From positions 1,536,001 through 1,600,000 of the forward strand of contig CAWJCS010000006.1 in NCBI GenBank assembly GCA_963841435.1: 64,000 bases of DNA. The letters are read 5' to 3'. Source of the stretch: an uncultured delta proteobacterium. Lineage in GTDB: Bacteria; Myxococcota_A; Polyangia; Polyangiales; Polyangiaceae. Every line of letters starts with the position of its first letter. Position 1 is the first letter of the stretch. A program made the position numbers and the translations under genes. The notes beneath the pieces were generated by a model. It was not told the origin of the DNA. It made no database searches and saw only the letters and a program-made list of their open reading frames with translations. Below are positions 1 to 9,991 of the stretch, in pieces.

Positions 1-232
1 CGCCGAGCGTCGAGTCGCACTGCGCCTCGGTGGCGCAGGTGTCGATCAGCGTGTAGGCGTCGCCGCCCGACGTGACACAGAAGAGCCAAGCCTTGCTGCA
101 GCGATACGTCGTCCCGTCGCAACTCTCGCGGACGTCGTGGAAATCCTGAACCTCGAAGTCTCCGAGCACGAGTTGGCAGGAAAGCGCACAGAAAAGCGCC
201 AGCACGACCGCCAGGATCGCGCGCCTCGGCAC
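1..232 (-). CDS. Cys-rich lipoprotein (partial, runs off window start)
   Basis: Manual translation from GTG at 232: VPRRAILAVVLALFCALSCQLVLGDFEV...CDGTTYRCSKAWLFC...TCATEAQCD; lipobox-like LSC; 4 bp downstream of the PEGA gene. Confidence 0.7.
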   Translation of the reverse strand, partial: MPRRAILAVVLALFCALSCQLVLGDFEVQDFHDVRESCDGTTYRCSKAWLFCVTSGGDAYTLIDTCATEAQCDSTLG

Positions 233-236
233 GGCG

Positions 237-1262
237 TCAGAACCTTCCCCGCAGGCCGATGGAGCCAGGACCGATCAGCGGTGTGATCGAAGCCTGGTTC
301 GCTTCCGCGCTCCGATCCTTGACGAACAGCACGACGCCGGTTGCGACGCCGGCGAGCCCGACGACGAACCCGATGCCCGAGATCGTCCCGAGCGTGTGGT
401 AGCGGCTGAGGTCGCCCGAAAGCCGACGCTGCTCCTCTTCGCTCGCCGAAGGGCATTTGCCGTCGGGGCCGGGGCACTGCTTGGCAAGGTCGGCGTGGGC
501 GCCGAGCGCCATGGCGCCCGTGACCGTCCCGACCACGAGGCCGGCGCCGCCAGCGCCGAACGCGGCCCACATCGGCAGCGTGCTGTGCTCGCGCTCGTGG
601 CCGACGGGGCGCGGCTCGTTGGATGGCTCGGAAAGGTCGATCGAGGGTGGTCGCTCGAGGGTCAGCGAGAGCTCGCGCTCCTCGCCTTCGCGCAGGGTCA
701 CGCTCTGATCGCTGGAAACGAAGCCGGACGCAGTGACCCGCACCGCCCGCAATCCCGGGTCAACGGCGTGACGGCGACCGAGCTCGGTGAGCGGGATTGG
801 AACGCCGTCGATGGTGACGCTGGGATCGCTCGGCCCATCGACGCGAATGACGAGCCAGGAGAGACGCGGCTCGAGGTCGGCGAGCTCCTTCTGCGCATCG
901 ACGAACGCCTGTTTCCACGAAGCGGGCGCGCTCGCGGCGACGCCTTCGCGAATGACGAGGCGATAGCGCTCGCGAGCTTCGAGCAGGCGGCCGAGCCCGG
1001 TGAGAGAGCGCGCGTGGTCCACGACGATCGTGGGCGCGTGCACCAGCTGATCGGCGCGACGCAGACGGTCTTCCGCGGTCGAGTACTTCTTGGCAACGAG
1101 CGCTTCGTAGCCCTCTGCCGCGAGCGAGCGCGCCATCTGCCGATCGATCTCGCTCGGCGCCGCGTGCGCGCTTGCAGCGACGAACAACACGACCAGAGCA
1201 AGCGCCACACTCATCCACGGCGGGCGCCGCCCCACGCTAGCACCTACAATGTAAGGAATCAC
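237..1262 (-). CDS. PEGA-domain / TPR-like secreted protein
   Basis: Signal peptide, helical TPR-like N-terminus, PEGA-like VTIDG...VDPG...VRVTASGF, C-terminal Gly-rich hydrophobic segments ending GRF; start may lie a few codons downstream. Confidence 0.8.
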   Translation of the reverse strand: MIPYIVGASVGRRPPWMSVALALVVLFVAASAHAAPSEIDRQMARSLAAEGYEALVAKKYSTAEDRLRRADQLVHAPTIVVDHARSLTGLGRLLEARERYRLVIREGVAASAPASWKQAFVDAQKELADLEPRLSWLVIRVDGPSDPSVTIDGVPIPLTELGRRHAVDPGLRAVRVTASGFVSSDQSVTLREGEERELSLTLERPPSIDLSEPSNEPRPVGHEREHSTLPMWAAFGAGGAGLVVGTVTGAMALGAHADLAKQCPGPDGKCPSASEEEQRRLSGDLSRYHTLGTISGIGFVVGLAGVATGVVLFVKDRSAEANQASITPLIGPGSIGLRGRF

Positions 1263-1433
1263 CAGACACCCCCGTACCTCCAGTGTCGATTCTGCGCAAG
1301 TATGCTTTTCTCTTCTGCTCTCGGTTGGGCCTCTCCGGTCCGGTTGAGCGCGCCCGCCCGGCGGGGGTCGCCGAGCACCCTGGCTCAGCGCCGCGCCGTC
1401 ACCCAGCGCGGGCCGGCATCACCCGAGGCTCGA

Positions 1434-2471
1434 CTACGAGGCGTCGTAGGCGCACTCCGCGGCGGACCCCTCCGGGGGCTCGAGACCTACCGAGTCGTCG
1501 TAGTAGACCCGAGAAAAGTCGCTTCCCCAGCACTCGACGGCCGTGACGGGGTCGAAAGCGGCGGGGAGATCGCCGCCACCGATCGCGATGTCGGAACGCC
1601 CGGCGCCGGTGGCCCGCCGGCGGCTCTCGATGCTCACGTCCTCGAGCGCCGTGCCTTTTTTTGGGGCATCGATGCCGACGACACCCGTGATGCCGAGCGA
1701 GCCTGTGCGGTCCTCGTTCGCGCTCGATCGGATCTGCAGCCACTCGCCGCCGGCCGCCTCGGCCGTCGCGGTGATTCGCCGCGGCAGGGCGTCCGCGCGC
1801 TGCCCGATGTCCGCGGGCAGGTCGTGCTCGATGGTCAAGGTTCCGGAATCGTTCGAGTGGCGGCTGGGATCGAGCGCTTTGGCGTTGTCTAGGTTCAGCG
1901 TGAAACGGCCGTCGCCGTGGAGGTCGCTCGCGCGGCTGTAGCCGTCGCCATCCAGCACCGGCAGATAGTGCGCGGCGCCCCCGCCGGCCTTTGCCTGCCC
2001 CTCGAGCAGGTACCGGAAGTGATGCTCACCGATACGGGTGAGGGTCAGGCGATACCGGGCTGGGTCCAGGGCGTCACCCTCGAAGGGGCCATAGATCGCC
2101 TGATCTTGCCCGATTTCTGACGGCGCCGTGTGGACGACGGCCCAAACCGAGACGAGAACGACGGCTGTCACCACGTTCACGCCGTCACGCACGTCGCGCG
2201 TGAACGAGTACCACCGGGCGACCGTGCCCGACGTCGGGTCGGCGTCGAGCGTCCCGCGGCTCCCAGCGGCAGTGCTCATGTTTCCGCCGGTCGTCAACTC
2301 GGGGCCGTCCACGCTGACGCTGCTCGGGCCCGGAAGGGCCTCGACGAACTCGTTGGTCGTCTCCTCGGGGTCGGCTCCAACGGTGCAGCCGCCAAGGGCA
2401 GTCACCGTTGCCCCCCGCGCCCGAGACCATGAACGGCGGTTCTCAGCTCGGGCAGGGCCAGCCGTTCTCAC
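1434..2471 (-). CDS. hypothetical lipoprotein
   Basis: 345-aa ORF, lipobox-like LGGC, VECW...C C-terminus; start uncertain. Confidence 0.7.
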   Translation of the reverse strand: MRTAGPARAENRRSWSRARGATVTALGGCTVGADPEETTNEFVEALPGPSSVSVDGPELTTGGNMSTAAGSRGTLDADPTSGTVARWYSFTRDVRDGVNVVTAVVLVSVWAVVHTAPSEIGQDQAIYGPFEGDALDPARYRLTLTRIGEHHFRYLLEGQAKAGGGAAHYLPVLDGDGYSRASDLHGDGRFTLNLDNAKALDPSRHSNDSGTLTIEHDLPADIGQRADALPRRITATAEAAGGEWLQIRSSANEDRTGSLGITGVVGIDAPKKGTALEDVSIESRRRATGAGRSDIAIGGGDLPAAFDPVTAVECWGSDFSRVYYDDSVGLEPPEGSAAECAYDAS

Positions 2472-2554
2472 CCGTTGCCAGCCGGCGACCCGGAGCTGCT
2501 AGGCTCAAAAGTGAGCCTGGACTGCGCCTTGGTCACGGTCCGAGCCCACTCCGC

Positions 2555-5500
2555 ATGCGACGACCGAACCCCGTCGAAGCCCTGGCGACGCTCGCGCAGC
2601 TCTCGGACGCGGGAGAACGGCGCGCGAGCTGGCGTCAGGCCATCACGGCGCTCGGACAGGGCGCGCTCGGCTACGGGCCGCCGCCGCTCGACGGCATCGG
2701 CCCGGAGGTGCTCGCGCGCGCCGCCCAGGTCGCGCTCGACAGCGGGCTCGTCGACGATCTCGCGTGGCTGGGCTCCGGCCCGGCCGCCGTCGCGCTCTAC
2801 GAGATCACCGCGGCGCTCCCCTCGGGCCGCGCCCGCCGGGAGCTCGGGCGCCGCGTCTTCGCGCGGGTGTACGAGGGCAACGCGGGAACGTTCGCCACCG
2901 TCGCCGCGCGCATGGCGCTCGGCTCGGGACGGACTTTCGACGCTGCGGCGGTGCGCGCGCGCATCGGGTTGGTGCTCGATATGCCGGTCGGCGCGGCGGT
3001 CAACCCCGATCCGCTCGCGCTCGCTCTCGTGATGGCGCGCGACCTGCGCGACAAATGGCTGCTCGCCCCCCGGACGGGCACGCTCCACGAGCGCCGTCTG
3101 GCGGCGAAGATCCTCGAGCACGCGGCCCGCGAGGCCGTTCGACGCTCTCAGCAAGGCGATCCACATCCCCTCACCATTCTGACGGCGGGCAATGTGCGCG
3201 AGGTCCATGAGCAGCTGCTCGCCGACCGCGAGCCGCTCGTGTGGCGCCACGCCGCGACCGCGCGCGGCCTGCTCGCCTCGATCGTCCCGGCCTATCAGGC
3301 CGCCGTCGAGACGGGGCTCGACGAGGGGCTGACTCCGACCGAGTGGCGTCGCGCGGCGGTCTCGCTCGTGGCCTCGATTCCGGCCGACCCGGAACAGACG
3401 CTGCGCGCGTGCCGCAAGGTGATCGAGGGCACGCTCGGCAAGCGGGATCCGGGGATTGCGGCCGCGATGGTGCTCGGTCTACCCCGGGTGATCGAAGCGG
3501 AGCCCGACGCAGCCGAGCAGCTGCTCGAGCGCCTCGCGGCGACGCGGAGACCCGACGTCGCCGAAGCGGTCGCGGCGCTGCTGGGCGATCTGTCGAGCTC
3601 CACGTTCGGACGCACGGCGGCGCAGCAGCTCAGGGTGACGCTCGCATCTCGCGCCGAGGGCTCGAGCTCGGTGCTGCGTGGCATCGCGGATCGCGCGCTT
3701 CGCATGCTCGACGGCGACGCTCTCGACGACGAGGACGACCTGCTCGGGGCGCTGCGCCGCGCCATGCTCGAGTTCGAGACGACCGGGGCGCGCGCGGCCC
3801 ACGACCTTGCGCAGCGCTCGGCCGCTCGCCTTCACCACGCGCTCGATTTCATCGAGAGCCACGACGCGCGCGACGAACAGGTGCTCCCGTACGTGCTCGG
3901 CGCGCTGAGCGACGTTGACGCGTGTGCCCTCGAGCGCCCTCGCCTCGCGCATCTCTTGCTGCTCGGCCGCCGGCCGGGCGACACCGATCAGAGCGTTCCA
4001 GAGCTCGATCGCTTCTACGAACGCCTCGGGCGCTGGCTCGTCGACACCGAGGAGGGCGCCGCGGCACAGGCGGGGTCCGCGGCGCTCGCCCTCGCCGAGC
4101 AGCGCCACCTCAAGGCGTTGCTTCACCTGGTCGACGTCGAATCGGCTCGCGGCGAGGAAGATTCGAGTGTTCGCGAGCGCGTGCGGCGTGCCGCCACAGT
4201 CCTGTTGCGGCGCGTCGCGCAGAGCTCGGGCACGGCGGTGCATCGCATCGCTTGTGCGACCCTCGCGCGCACGCTCGACGCCGCCGTGCGCGAAGGTGTC
4301 TGCGACGCGAGCGACCTCCTGCTCACGCTGATGGCCGCGCTCACCGACGCGGAGACGTTCCACACGCTGGGCGAAGCGTCGACGAAGCCGGAGGTTTCGG
4401 CCGGTGTCAGTGGCTATGCTCGTTTCGTGCGCGGAGCCGAGGCGCACGAAGGAGCCCCGGCGGCCGGCGATGGCTCGCTCTCGGCGGCGGAGTCAGTCGT
4501 GGAGCTGAGCCAAGGCGTGGGCGCGGCCGGCAGCTACCGCGCCGAAGCCGTGCGTCGCGTGGTGCTCAAGCTGGGGCGTTGCCTCGAAGCGACAGCGCGC
4601 GCGCGCGCGCAGGCCGAGCTCGTCGATGCGGCGGGCTCCGGCGTGCACGTGCTCGATGACCTCCAGGTCACGATCGCGGCGCTCAAGCGCCTGATTACCA
4701 GCGCGCAACGCCGCGTGATCGGGCTCGACCCGGACGAGATTGCCATAACGGCCGAGGTGCCGCCGCTCGCGGCGCTGCTCGAGCGCGCGGTGAGCTCGGG
4801 TGTTCCGCCGACGGCCGACCAGGTGAAGATGGCGGTCTCCGAGCTCGTCGCCGACCTACCCGATCCGATTGCCGCCGCCGTGCGGAAGGCGGTGGTCGGC
4901 ATCGAAGGTCTGCCCGTCCGCGTGACGAGCGATGTCTACGCCATTCCTCTCGAGCGCCGGCGCGAGAACCTGCCCGACTGGCTGCTGCCGAGCCGGACGA
5001 TCGGCGCGTTCTACGTCGTTCGGGCGCTCGGCAGCGGTGGTGCGTCGTCCGTGTTCGTGTGCCGCCGCCAAGAAGAGCGCGCGCACCCCGACGCCGAGGG
5101 CTTCGCCCTCAAGGTGCCCGACTACGACCCCACCACGGCGCGCAGCCTGTCGGAACAAGAGTTCTTCCAGCTGTTCCGCGAGGAAGCGGGAGCGCTCCTC
5201 TCGCTACCCCAGCATCCGAATCTGGCCCGCTTCGTCACGTTCGACCTGAGCGCGCGTCCAAAGCCGATCCTCGTGATGGAGCTCATCCGCGGGCTTTCGC
5301 TCGATCGCCTGATCCGCAGCCGCTCGCTCACGGTGGAGCAGGCCTTCGCCTATCTGGACGGCATTCTCGCGGGCCTCGAGGCAATGCACGGCGCTGGCGT
5401 CGGGCACCTCGATCTCAAACCCTCGAACGTGATCTTGCGCGACGGCGAGACCCCCGTGCTCGTGGACTTCGGCCTGAGCGGCCGGCAGCTCAGACCGGGC

Positions 5501-5890
5501 TGCGGGACGCTGGAGTTTTGCGCCCCCGAGATCCTCGGCGTGGTGCCACAAGGGCTGCAGCCGACGCCCCAGCCAGCCGACATCTACGCGTTCGGCTGCC
5601 TGACCTACGAAATGCTTGTCGCCGAGACCCTGTTCAACGCCGAGGGCGAGATGGCGGTGCTGACGCTCCACGTGCAGCACGACGGCTGGCCCGAGCGCGT
5701 CGCGCGCCTCGGCCGCGACGCTGCGCTCGCCGATCTCGGCAAATTCCTGGCTTCGTGTCTCAGGCGGGATCCCCGGGCGCGCCCGACGGCGACCCAGGCA
5801 CGTGGCGCCCTTCAAAAGCTTCTCCAAAGGTATCGTTCGTTTTCATGGCCCCTGCCGCTACCCGCCCAGCCCTCGGAACGCGCTGGCTGA
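2555..5890 (+). CDS. Ser/Thr protein kinase with large N-terminal helical region
   Basis: C-terminal Hanks motifs LGSGGASSV, ALK, HLDLKPSNV, DFG, GTLEFCAPE, DIYAFG; ATG 2555 chosen as start. Confidence 0.9.
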   Translation: MRRPNPVEALATLAQLSDAGERRASWRQAITALGQGALGYGPPPLDGIGPEVLARAAQVALDSGLVDDLAWLGSGPAAVALYEITAALPSGRARRELGRRVFARVYEGNAGTFATVAARMALGSGRTFDAAAVRARIGLVLDMPVGAAVNPDPLALALVMARDLRDKWLLAPRTGTLHERRLAAKILEHAAREAVRRSQQGDPHPLTILTAGNVREVHEQLLADREPLVWRHAATARGLLASIVPAYQAAVETGLDEGLTPTEWRRAAVSLVASIPADPEQTLRACRKVIEGTLGKRDPGIAAAMVLGLPRVIEAEPDAAEQLLERLAATRRPDVAEAVAALLGDLSSSTFGRTAAQQLRVTLASRAEGSSSVLRGIADRALRMLDGDALDDEDDLLGALRRAMLEFETTGARAAHDLAQRSAARLHHALDFIESHDARDEQVLPYVLGALSDVDACALERPRLAHLLLLGRRPGDTDQSVPELDRFYERLGRWLVDTEEGAAAQAGSAALALAEQRHLKALLHLVDVESARGEEDSSVRERVRRAATVLLRRVAQSSGTAVHRIACATLARTLDAAVREGVCDASDLLLTLMAALTDAETFHTLGEASTKPEVSAGVSGYARFVRGAEAHEGAPAAGDGSLSAAESVVELSQGVGAAGSYRAEAVRRVVLKLGRCLEATARARAQAELVDAAGSGVHVLDDLQVTIAALKRLITSAQRRVIGLDPDEIAITAEVPPLAALLERAVSSGVPPTADQVKMAVSELVADLPDPIAAAVRKAVVGIEGLPVRVTSDVYAIPLERRRENLPDWLLPSRTIGAFYVVRALGSGGASSVFVCRRQEERAHPDAEGFALKVPDYDPTTARSLSEQEFFQLFREEAGALLSLPQHPNLARFVTFDLSARPKPILVMELIRGLSLDRLIRSRSLTVEQAFAYLDGILAGLEAMHGAGVGHLDLKPSNVILRDGETPVLVDFGLSGRQLRPGCGTLEFCAPEILGVVPQGLQPTPQPADIYAFGCLTYEMLVAETLFNAEGEMAVLTLHVQHDGWPERVARLGRDAALADLGKFLASCLRRDPRARPTATQARGALQKLLQRYRSFSWPLPLPAQPSERAG

Positions 5891-6432
5891 CGCTCGTCGT
5901 CGCGCTCGGCGCTTGCCGGAGCGATCCTCCTTTCGACAGCCTCACGCTCGTGCTGCCGGAGCGCGGCGCCCGACCCGTCACGCTCGACGTGCGGTCCGCC
6001 TTTGCCGAATACGTCGATCTGCCGGAGCTGCGTCACGAGCTGAGGCTCACGTTCGCGAGCTACCCGCTCTCGTGTGACAGGTTCGTCCCACCCGCGGGCT
6101 CCGACCTCGCGCTCATGCTCACGATCGCGCTGCCGCCCGACGCTCCTCCAAAGCCCGGCACCATCCCCGCTCTGGCTCCGACCGCCCCCGCTGCCGACGA
6201 CGCCGACGCCGGTACGCCCGCGACGACCCGTCCGAGCATTCTCGCCGTCGTGCGCCGTGAGGGCAGAAGCTTCGTCTTGCCACCGGGCGGCGCGCTCTCG
6301 CTCATCGAGGTGGATACGTCGCCGCGGGGACACGTGCGCGGTCACCTCTCCCTCGAGTTCGCCGGCGATGCCGATCGCGCCGCCTCGACGGTGAGCGGCA
6401 AGTTCAGTGCGGCCATGTGCGAGCCGCACTGA
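5845..6432 (+). CDS. hypothetical lipoprotein
   Basis: MAPAATRPALGTRWLTLVVALGAC signal/lipobox; overlaps the kinase 3' end. Confidence 0.7.
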   Translation: MAPAATRPALGTRWLTLVVALGACRSDPPFDSLTLVLPERGARPVTLDVRSAFAEYVDLPELRHELRLTFASYPLSCDRFVPPAGSDLALMLTIALPPDAPPKPGTIPALAPTAPAADDADAGTPATTRPSILAVVRREGRSFVLPPGGALSLIEVDTSPRGHVRGHLSLEFAGDADRAASTVSGKFSAAMCEPH

Positions 6433-6449
6433 CTGGGGGGCCGCCTCGC

Positions 6450-8036
6450 TCACGCGTGGATGAAGACGACGGTGCCAGTGAGTGCCTTGCGCACGCCGTG
6501 CCATCCCTTCGGGAGTGCGGGCTCGGTGAAGAAGAACAGCCGGCGAGCGTCTTCCGGCGCGAGGTTGATGCAGCCGTGGCTCTTGGGAGTCCCGAAGCGA
6601 TCGTGCCAGTAGGCGCCGTGCAGTGCATACCCGTCCTCGAAGTACTGCACGTAGGGCACGTCGCGGAGCTCGAACTCCTCGCCCACCTCGTCGGAGCTCA
6701 TCGTGGCCGACAGGTGCTTGGTGTGGATGCGGAAGATGCCGCGCTTGGTGGCCGTCGTCTTCTCGTGATCGTCGAGCCCGGCTTCTCCCGTCGACACGAG
6801 TGTCGCGAAGACGGGGCGCTCGCCGTCGTAGGCGACCAGTGTCTGCTTGGTCACGTTGACGTCGAGCCAGCGTTCGCCAGCCTTGCCCCAGCCCGGCATG
6901 CGCTTCGCTTCGTCGATGCGCGACGCGACGAGGTCGCTGAGCCAGAGACCCGATTCGGTCTGCTCGTGGAGGCGGCCCCGGAAGAACTGGCGCTTGCCGG
7001 TGAGCGGCAACGCCGCGCGGAAAGCCGCAATGCCGCCGTCTTCGAGCTTGTTGGTCTTTTCATCCCAGCGCACGAAATGAGCACCTTCGCGGCGTATGAA
7101 GGCGAACGGGAGCTTCACGTCGCGGCCGATCTCGACGCCGTGGAAGTCCGAGCCACGGATGGGCCGCAGGCGGTCCGTCGGCAGCACGCTGAGGTCCGTG
7201 GCAAGGCCGTAGCGGCGCCCCTGGTAGAGAAATGTCGCGAGGAAGGAGTAACCGACCTTGGGGCGCATCGGTTCGAGGAGCAGGTCCGAGCGCGCGCTCT
7301 CGCCGTCGTCGATGAGGCCCGGGAAGCCACCCTTCTCGAGCAGCGCCGGCACCGGGTCGCTCGAGCGCTCGGCCCAAGCGCGCGCGGGATCCGGCGCCGG
7401 CGACCCACCGAGCCACACTTCCTGCGCGTAGGCGGCGCCGATCTCGCCGCCCGCCGAGAGCCACTCGGGAAAGCGCTCGGCGAGATCGGGCTCGGCCTTG
7501 GCGAGCTCCTCCTGTGTCGGCAGCCGGGCGAAGATCGGCCCCGGGTTTCGCACGGTGCCGTAGACGTACGGAAGCTTGCGCTCGACGTTGGGCGGGTACG
7601 CGCTGCTCAGAACGACGACGGGGTCGTTCGCATCGAGCGTGGCCCCGCCGCCCACGCAAACGAACCCCTCGGGCACGACCGGGTACCAGCCGCCCGAGCA
7701 GCCGTCCGTACCCGCGACGGGACCGGTGGGCGACGAGGCGCCGGCCCGCAGGTAGCCGAGCCGCTCGCCGCCGCGCGACGGCTTGTCGTAGATCCACGCG
7801 CGGAGCGAGCTCGCATAGACTCGCGGGCCAGGGCGGGCGTCGGGCGGCGCGGCGGGCTTTGCCTGTCCCCCGAGCGTCACCCGGTCGCGCTCGGTCGGCT
7901 CCACGTGCGCGACCGGGCTAGCGGAGGCACGGGGACCCAGGGCGAGCGAGGCGACCGCGCCGTCGTCCCTGCTCCGGTTACAGGAAAGCACAGCAACGAT
8001 CAGCGCCCCGCAGGCTATTTCAGCGGTGCGGTGCAT
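6450..8036 (-). CDS. L,D-transpeptidase (YkuD family) lipoprotein
   Basis: ALHGAYWH...SHGCINL catalytic motif, VSTG; lipobox VLSC after ATG 8036. Confidence 0.9.
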   Translation of the reverse strand: MHRTAEIACGALIVAVLSCNRSRDDGAVASLALGPRASASPVAHVEPTERDRVTLGGQAKPAAPPDARPGPRVYASSLRAWIYDKPSRGGERLGYLRAGASSPTGPVAGTDGCSGGWYPVVPEGFVCVGGGATLDANDPVVVLSSAYPPNVERKLPYVYGTVRNPGPIFARLPTQEELAKAEPDLAERFPEWLSAGGEIGAAYAQEVWLGGSPAPDPARAWAERSSDPVPALLEKGGFPGLIDDGESARSDLLLEPMRPKVGYSFLATFLYQGRRYGLATDLSVLPTDRLRPIRGSDFHGVEIGRDVKLPFAFIRREGAHFVRWDEKTNKLEDGGIAAFRAALPLTGKRQFFRGRLHEQTESGLWLSDLVASRIDEAKRMPGWGKAGERWLDVNVTKQTLVAYDGERPVFATLVSTGEAGLDDHEKTTATKRGIFRIHTKHLSATMSSDEVGEEFELRDVPYVQYFEDGYALHGAYWHDRFGTPKSHGCINLAPEDARRLFFFTEPALPKGWHGVRKALTGTVVFIHA

Positions 8037-8143
8037 GCTCTCCCTTATGTTTTTTGTGTGGGCACGTGGGCAAGAAAGCGACCCGGCCAAGAAGTGGTAG
8101 GTTCGGGGCGAGTGCCGCCGGATGAGGGCGGGCAGGACCGGCC

Positions 8144-9079
8144 ATGTTGACGCTCGAGCAAGGGCCCCACGCCGCAGAGGTCGTCGAAAGCCGTCGCAAG
8201 CAACCAGTGTTGCTGGTGAGCCCGGTCGTGGTCGCGCTCGGCGTGATCCCGCTCGTCAGCGAGGGTAGCGTGACGCCGCTCCGCGCGCTCACGGCGCTCG
8301 TGCTGATCGGAACCGGCATTCTTTGCGTGCGGCTCGGCTGGCCTCGCGCGATCCGCCGGCCGCTGCCGAACGTCGGGCGGCCCGTCGAGCTGATGCTCAC
8401 GTCCTCCGAGGAGGAAGACGCCTACCAGGCGCAGCTCGTCGGCGACGATGGCCGTCGAGAGCTCGTGCTGGCCCGCGACGAGCCGGCGGGCATTTTAGCC
8501 GACGCATTGCGTCTGGCGCTTTTCCTCCAGGTTCCGCTCACCCCCGCGTGGGGCCTCACGGCGGCGGAGCTGAGGGTGTTCGATGCCACGGAGCGCGCAG
8601 GCTCGGCCGCCGGCCGGGTGAGCGGCATGCACCGCCCCCTGCTCGAGCAGCGCGTCGGGATGCTCGCCTCGTTCTGGGCATCGCTCTTCGTCGTCGGTGG
8701 CAGCGCGGTCATGGCGCTCTCGCCTGACCGTCCGCCTGCGGCTCCGGCCGCCCTCTCGCTCGTGCTGCCGGCGCTGACGGCGCTCGTGCCGCTTGCCGTC
8801 GGTGTCTGGCTCGTCGGCCTGAAGGAAGAGCTCGTCATCGACGCCGCTCGCGTCGAGCGCCAGCGCTCCTGGTTCGGCCACCCGCTGGGCGGTCGTGGCG
8901 TCGATCGGGTCAGAGTGCTCGGCTCGTTCCCGGTCTCGGCCGGTGCCGGCGGGCCGTTCCACGTGCTCGTTGCGACCGAACGCGGGCCACTTGCCGTCGT
9001 GACCGACTCACAGGCCGGCGCATCTTTCCTGCTGCATCCGGCTAAAAGCGACAAAGCCCCTGGAAGGGCAGCCGAGTAA
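8144..9079 (+). CDS. hypothetical membrane protein
   Basis: 311 aa with two pairs of hydrophobic helices. Confidence 0.65.
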   Translation: MLTLEQGPHAAEVVESRRKQPVLLVSPVVVALGVIPLVSEGSVTPLRALTALVLIGTGILCVRLGWPRAIRRPLPNVGRPVELMLTSSEEEDAYQAQLVGDDGRRELVLARDEPAGILADALRLALFLQVPLTPAWGLTAAELRVFDATERAGSAAGRVSGMHRPLLEQRVGMLASFWASLFVVGGSAVMALSPDRPPAAPAALSLVLPALTALVPLAVGVWLVGLKEELVIDAARVERQRSWFGHPLGGRGVDRVRVLGSFPVSAGAGGPFHVLVATERGPLAVVTDSQAGASFLLHPAKSDKAPGRAAE

Positions 9080-9097
9080 AGGGGGTACCATACCGGC

Positions 9098-9706
9098 ATG
9101 AAACAAGAGCTCCTGCTCCTCTCACTGGGCTTCGCCTGCGCGCTCGGCGAGGCCACCGCTCTCGCCCAGGCTCCCTCGGCACGCGCCGCCAAGCCGACCT
9201 TCACGTCACGTCTGATGCCGCCAGCCGGGTCGGCATCCGGCAAGAAGGGCGAGCGCATGGCACCCGAGGGCTCCGCCCGCGCTCACGGCGGCAAGCCGGA
9301 CATGCTCCACCCCATGGGTCCCGGGAACGATCGCACCAAAGCTCGGACGGCGGAGCTCATGGCGACCAATCGAGCTCGCCGCGCGGCCCGCGCCGCCATG
9401 CTCCATCAGCGCTTCGGGGCCCGGGCGCTCTCCGATCAGAGCCTGGTCGCGGAGCTGAAGTTGCACGCTCGCCGCATGGCCTACCTCAATCGGGCCCGCC
9501 TCGTCGCGGAGAACGAGATCGAAGAGCCGAAGCGCAGCAAGGTGCTCGCCCGCATCCAGAAGCTCGTCGACAAGGAAGGCGCGCGCCACGAGCGGCGGGT
9601 TGCCAAGTTCACGAACCCGATGCCGGCTCCCAGCGGCTCCGCTGCAGAAAAGACGAACGACATGCCTGCGCCGTCGGCGGCGGCGTCGGCGGGAGGTGGA
9701 AAGTGA
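9098..9706 (+). CDS. hypothetical secreted basic helical protein
   Basis: Signal peptide MKQELLLLSLGFACALGEATALA; stop overlaps the next start. Confidence 0.7.
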   Translation: MKQELLLLSLGFACALGEATALAQAPSARAAKPTFTSRLMPPAGSASGKKGERMAPEGSARAHGGKPDMLHPMGPGNDRTKARTAELMATNRARRAARAAMLHQRFGARALSDQSLVAELKLHARRMAYLNRARLVAENEIEEPKRSKVLARIQKLVDKEGARHERRVAKFTNPMPAPSGSAAEKTNDMPAPSAAASAGGGK

Positions 9707-9984
9707 TGGCCCGCTTCGCGACGACGACGATTGCCGTGCTGCTCCTCTGCGCCGCGTGCGCGAAGAAGGAAGCGCCACCCGCCGAGACCGAGCCGGCTGC
9801 TCCGGCCATGAGCCCCGCGCCGCCGCCCGAGCCGGCACCCATGGCGAGCGCTTCGGCCGAGGCAGCCGAGGCGAGCGATATCCCGACCGAAGAGCAATTC
9901 GAGGAAGAGGCGGGTCAGAAGATCACGAAGGTGACGCTCGACGCGGAGCTCGACGCCCTCGAAAAAGAGATGAAGGCCGAGTAG
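9703..9984 (+). CDS. small lipoprotein
   Basis: LLLCAAC lipobox, Pro/Ala linker, acidic C-terminal helix. Confidence 0.7.
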   Translation: MMARFATTTIAVLLLCAACAKKEAPPAETEPAAPAMSPAPPPEPAPMASASAEAAEASDIPTEEQFEEEAGQKITKVTLDAELDALEKEMKAE

Positions 9985-9991
9985 CGAGGCC

